A model generated the notes under the pieces. It had not been told where the DNA came from. It ran no database searches and worked only from the letters and a program-made list of their open reading frames with translations. A stretch of 48,327 bases of DNA from an uncultured Spirochaetales bacterium (GTDB lineage Bacteria; UBP6; UBA1177), in NCBI GenBank assembly GCA_964614215.1, contig CAZTKP010000002.1, positions 1 through 48,327 of the forward strand, read 5' to 3'. The translations under genes and the position numbers were made by a program. Numbering within the stretch: the first letter of the stretch is position 1; each line of letters starts with the position of its first letter. Below, one piece after another: positions 46,510 through 48,327 of this stretch.

Positions 46510-46844
46510 TTTTTGAGTTTTCCTACTATCGGTTTATCTTTTAGAACTTTCGGTCCGTGCCAGATCTTATCAAGTTCAGCAGTATAATCGATTCCTGCTT
46601 TCTTTCCCTTTTTGTGTTCACCGTTCTTCCATGACGGAACTTTAGAAAAATCATAGACAACACCCTTGTATGCAACGTAGGCGGGTTGACCGTTCTTTCC
46701 ATTGAACTTTGCAAGCTCTTCGACAGTGAAAGTCTTGTCAGGAATGGTTCTTGTCTCTTTGTACGGAGTTGAAGCGCATGCTATAAAAATTACTGCGACA
46801 ACGATAAAACTGAAAACTGCGCCGGCTATTATTCTCTTTTTCAT
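46506..46844 (-). CDS. Lipoprotein with a cytochrome-b5-like heme/steroid-binding domain
   Basis: 112 aa. Lipobox FIAC. FTVEELAKFNGKNGQPAYVAYKGVVYDFS ... W.NG.H ... AG.D.T ... HG matches the bacterial b5-like family. Overlaps the ExbB-like start (ATGA). Confidence 0.7.
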   Translation of the reverse strand: MKKRIIAGAVFSFIVVAVIFIACASTPYKETRTIPDKTFTVEELAKFNGKNGQPAYVAYKGVVYDFSKVPSWKNGEHKKGKKAGIDYTAELDKIWHGPKVLKDKPIVGKLKK

Positions 46845-46882
46845 TTATCCCTCCCATGAATATCATAATTAAAAGAGCAGTT

Positions 46883-46959
46883 GATTATATTAGGTGAGTT
46901 GAAAATATCAAATTTATAGAATAACTCCCTCACTCCCTCTTTCAAAAAGAGGGAAGTTG
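46883..46959 (+). repeat. 77-bp direct repeat, copy 1 (contains a REP-like unit)
   Basis: 74 of 77 positions are identical to 48084-48160, offset exactly 1201 bp. The internal 9-bp hairpin is TCCCTCTTT (46934-46942) / AAAGAGGGA (46946-46954). Confidence 0.85.
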
Positions 46960-47025
46960 CACATTGAAAAGTTAGAGGTTACAGTGAAGGCAGTTTCAAT
47001 ATTGTTTTTTTGACTGGAGGGATTC

Positions 47026-47571
47026 ATGGACGCAATAAAAATGATCGAGGAAAGACGCAGTGTGCGCAAGTTTAAGGACGAAATTGTTGACAGAAAATTG
47101 ATGAAAGAGATCGTAAACATCAGTCGCTGGGCACCATCCTGGGCGAACTTTCAGGTTGCAAGATATACATTTGTTGATGACAGGGAAACTATTAAAAAGA
47201 TCGCAACTGACGGAGTTAAAGGTTTCGTCTACAATGCGAAGGTGCTTCAAAATGCTCCGGGAGTTCTAGTTCTCAGCTTTGTGAAAGGAAAAAGCGGAAA
47301 TCTCACTAAATACAACATTGAAACATCTGGAACTAACACCTGGGAGATCTTTGATGCTGGAATTGCCTGCCAGACCTTCTGTTTAGCAGCTCACGCCAAA
47401 GGAGTCGGGACTGTCATCTTCGGAGTCATTGATAACGATTCTATTGGAAAGATAGTGAATCTTCCGGAAGAAGAAACTGTCGCAGCTCTCATTGTTTATG
47501 GTTATGAAGACGGTGAAAATGCTGAGCCGACACCGAGAAAGGATGCTGATGAAATTATGAGATTTGTTTAA
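47026..47571 (+). CDS. Nitroreductase-family protein
   Basis: 181 aa. The N-terminal RRSVRKF motif and the overall pattern fit FMN-dependent nitroreductases. Confidence 0.85.
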   Translation: MDAIKMIEERRSVRKFKDEIVDRKLMKEIVNISRWAPSWANFQVARYTFVDDRETIKKIATDGVKGFVYNAKVLQNAPGVLVLSFVKGKSGNLTKYNIETSGTNTWEIFDAGIACQTFCLAAHAKGVGTVIFGVIDNDSIGKIVNLPEEETVAALIVYGYEDGENAEPTPRKDADEIMRFV

Positions 47572-47582
47572 CGGGTTGATAT

Positions 47583-48050
47583 CTACTTTTCTGAGAATGA
47601 TTTTAAGTTCTTAAGAGTCTTTTCCATGATAAGAAAGCTTTCAAAAGCGAGTTTAAGACCTTTTATTGTTTCCTGTTTGTTGTCAGGATACTCATGAGTG
47701 AGGATGTTTCTTATTTTTCTAAATTCCATCCACTTATCTGCACTTTCAATCAGTTCAAGTTTTTCAAGACGGTCAAGAACATCTACAAATGACATGTTGT
47801 CCCTATATTCTCCAATGCTTTCCAGAATACGTTTGAAAAGTGTGTCACCCATGTAATAACTTAATTTTATGAATCTGAAAACGAAAGCATCTAAAGTTAT
47901 CATCTTTTCTTTGTCTGAAAAAATGCTTGAATCTATTGTCCATTGTCTTATTTGACTATATGAATAATTTGCACGTTTCAGGTGTATATATGAAGTCTCA
48001 AAAGCAGTCTTAAGTAATTGATTCGTTTCATGTATTTTGTTTTTTGTCAT
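47583..48050 (-). CDS. HEPN-superfamily protein (HI0074 / HepT-like; nucleotidyltransferase substrate-binding type)
   Basis: 155 aa, all-helical in appearance. C-terminal W.EFRKIRNILTHEYPD contains the HEPN Rx4H(xY) motif. Confidence 0.6.
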   Translation of the reverse strand: MTKNKIHETNQLLKTAFETSYIHLKRANYSYSQIRQWTIDSSIFSDKEKMITLDAFVFRFIKLSYYMGDTLFKRILESIGEYRDNMSFVDVLDRLEKLELIESADKWMEFRKIRNILTHEYPDNKQETIKGLKLAFESFLIMEKTLKNLKSFSEK

Positions 48051-48083
48051 AGCTTAACCTCAAGCGTGTTTAGAAACCATAAA

Positions 48084-48160
48084 GATTATATTGTGTGAGT
48101 TGAAAATATCAAATTTATAGAATAACTCCCTCGCTCCCTCTTTCAAAAAGAGGGAAGTTG
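48084..48160 (+). repeat. 77-bp direct repeat, copy 2
   Basis: See copy 1. The three mismatches are TAGG vs TGTG and TCAC vs TCGC. Confidence 0.85.
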
Positions 48161-48204
48161 ATACATGCTCCCTCTCTTTTTGAAAGAGAGGGTTGGGGAG
48201 AGTT
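48161..48204. repeat. REP-like unit in reverse orientation
   Basis: 10-bp hairpin CCCTCTCTTT (48170-48179) / AAAGAGAGGG (48183-48192), followed by TTGGGGAGAGTT. It abuts the stop codon of the partial ferredoxin-like gene. Confidence 0.5.
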
Positions 48205-48327
48205 AATTGTTTGGATTTACTGAATTTTCTTTTGGTGACCTAAACTCAAACTCTCTACTCAAAGCATGAATTTTAGGTGGGCAGGCGGGGACGCACTCGC
48301 CGCATTTGATGCAGTCAATTGAATTTA
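48203..48327 (-). CDS. C-terminal fragment of a 4Fe-4S ferredoxin-domain protein (runs off the window)
   Basis: My own translation of the minus strand gives NSIDCIKCGECVPACPPKIHALSREFEFRSPKENSVNPNN*. It contains the classic CxxCxxCxxxCP cluster motif. It is absent from the ORF track because it is too short and partial. Confidence 0.6.
   Translation of the reverse strand, partial: NSIDCIKCGECVPACPPKIHALSREFEFRSPKENSVNPNN

Noticed and set aside
44096-48204. The idea that the repeated palindromic elements are integron attC sites (a CALIN-type cassette array).
   Set aside because: No integrase is present. The flanked genes are in mixed orientations and include a three-gene block. The elements lack recognisable RYYYAAC / GTTRRRY core sites and have short simple hairpins. 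A REP-type element fits better.
1-48327. A search by eye for CRISPR arrays, tRNA/rRNA genes, transposase or integrase genes, reverse transcriptases and known defence modules.
   Set aside because: There are no regularly spaced repeat-spacer arrays. Every intergenic gap is about 240 bp or less, and none shows a tRNA-like GC-rich cloverleaf. No ORF has recognisable recombinase, RT or nuclease-helicase defence signatures. A tRNA or ncRNA covariance scan is still advisable.

Overview
This is a dense, moderately AT-rich bacterial chromosomal segment with about 50 protein-coding genes on both strands. Many gene pairs overlap by 1-14 nt at start/stop. Ribosome-binding sites are AGGAG-type, and there is at least one textbook TTGACA-16-TATAAT promoter.

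Most content is core housekeeping: tpiA, pyrR-pyrB-pyrC, folC, recN, pyrH-frr-uppS-cdsA-dxr, rpsA, purine nucleoside phosphorylase plus cdd, and an ABC-F ATPase. There are also envelope/glycan genes (two GT2 enzymes, a NodB-type deacetylase, a flippase-like membrane protein). Signalling parts are numerous: a REC-histidine kinase, a PilZ-like protein, a stand-alone REC, a double HD-GYP protein and an Hpt protein. I recognise no rRNA, tRNA, CRISPR array, transposase, integrase, phage gene or known defence system.

The loci that do not look ordinary are:
1. A lidless Hsp70 plus a pseudo-receiver/J-domain protein, inserted into the otherwise conserved pyrH-frr-uppS-cdsA-dxr block.
2. A 1062-aa secreted protein dominated by a roughly 630-residue K/E-rich predicted coiled coil.
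3. A 1.2-kb module (nitroreductase plus an orphan HEPN protein) bracketed by 77-bp direct repeats. These repeats belong to a REP-like palindromic element family with copies at four intergenic sites.
4. A cytochrome-b5-like lipoprotein translationally coupled to an ExbB/MotA-type channel with no ExbD/TonB partner.
5. A REC gene and a tandem-HD-GYP gene separated only by an in-frame TAG.
6. A uridyltransferase-only GlmU-like gene in an operon with a PilZ-like protein and a REC-kinase.
7. A LexA (Cheo-box)-like palindrome at the left edge of the window.

None of these can be shown to be a new system from sequence alone. All protein calls are motif recognition by eye, with no database search. The taxon is undetermined.
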